From an uncultured Pseudomonadota bacterium (GTDB lineage Bacteria > Myxococcota_A > Polyangia > Fen-1088): a stretch of 64,000 bases of DNA. The translations under genes and the position numbers were made by a program. Of the stretch, positions 63,690 to 64,000 are shown one piece after another (positions within the stretch are counted from its first letter, which is position 1; every line of letters begins with the position of its first letter). The stretch is taken from NCBI GenBank assembly GCA_963847705.1, contig CAWKBC010000011.1, forward strand, positions 1 through 64,000, in the 5' to 3' direction. The notes under the pieces were generated by a model. It was not told where the DNA came from and did no database searches. It saw nothing but the letters and a program-made list of their open reading frames with translations.

Positions 63690-63733
63690 GACTCTCAGTC
63701 CGTTGGCCGCAGCTTCGAATCCTGCTGGGCCCA
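63690..63733 (+). repeat. attR-like degenerate copy of the tRNA-Lys 3' half
   Basis: GACTCTCAGTCCGTTGGCCGCAGCTTCGAATCCTGCTGGGCCCA vs tRNA GACTTTTAATCCGTTGGCCGCAGGTTCGAACCCTGCTGGGCCCA. Confidence 0.9.
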
Positions 63734-64000
63734 CCGGCGCTCCACCTCTACCAGGGCCGCGGCGAGCGGCATCCCCGTCCGTCGCAGCGCCTGCAGGAGG
63801 GCGAGCCGCGGATCGCCGTCCGCACGCGCGTGCGCCGCCCGCAGCGCGCGTACCTCCTCGTTCGCCGCCCGAATCTCCGCCCCCAGCGCCAGCTCGGTCG
63901 CCACGGCCCGCACGCGGGCTCGCTCCTGCCGGCGCGCCAGGGCCCGCGCCGCCGCCTCCCGGATCCGCCGCTCGCCCCAGCGCCGCCCCGCGACGGTCCG
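63695..64000 (-). CDS. 3' end of a hypothetical helical protein entering from beyond the window
   Basis: Open frame from the window edge (..RIREAAARALARRQERARVRAVATELALG..) ending inside the att copy. Confidence 0.4.
   Translation of the reverse strand, partial: RTVAGRRWGERRIREAAARALARRQERARVRAVATELALGAEIRAANEEVRALRAAHARADGDPRLALLQALRRTGMPLAAALVEVERRWAQQDSKLRPTD

Larger units (their letters stand above)
26252..63733. mobile_element. Genomic island (~37.4 kb) integrated at tRNA-Lys; no integrase visible
   Basis: Direct repeat of the tRNA 3' 44 bp (26252-26295 vs 63690-63733, 39/44 identical) around accessory cargo and several gene remnants. Confidence 0.75.

Noticed and set aside
63655-63735. 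A second intact tRNA (apparent CTC anticodon)
   Set aside because: There is no 5' acceptor strand or D arm and the anticodon stem does not pair; only the 3' half is present.

Overview
GC-rich bacterial DNA, most likely Myxococcota (MYXO-CTERM-type sorting tail, poly-HAMP kinase). Many single-base frameshifts, concentrated in the first ~9 kb, look like long-read errors. The left part (1-26.2 kb) looks like core genome: a putative ASCH+receiver fusion, a GH15 hydrolase behind two histidine kinases, an uncharacterised lipid cluster (GT4, Psd-like decarboxylase, class III aminotransferase, Mpo1/DUF962-like protein, membrane protein, YheT hydrolase), EmrAB, a flippase, YggX and a GAF kinase/LuxR pair. 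A tRNA-Lys(UUU) at 26223-26295 and a 44-bp degenerate copy of its 3' half at 63690-63733 bracket a ~37.4-kb island with no visible integrase. The island appears to encode a self-contained organosulfur-scavenging system: TonB receptor with TonB/ExbBD, three flavin-dependent monooxygenases, three DszB-like Cys proteins, SsuE, RibBA, SsuBC, a class II aldolase, ABC exporters, a sigma54 activator fused to a SsuA-like domain, and a SsuA-methyltransferase fusion lipoprotein. Eight sigma54-type -24/-12 promoters were read from the sequence; seven have a helically phased pair of YTGY-N10-RCAR boxes upstream. Many of the regulated proteins are almost free of Cys and Met. All product calls come from motif recognition by eye, not database searches.
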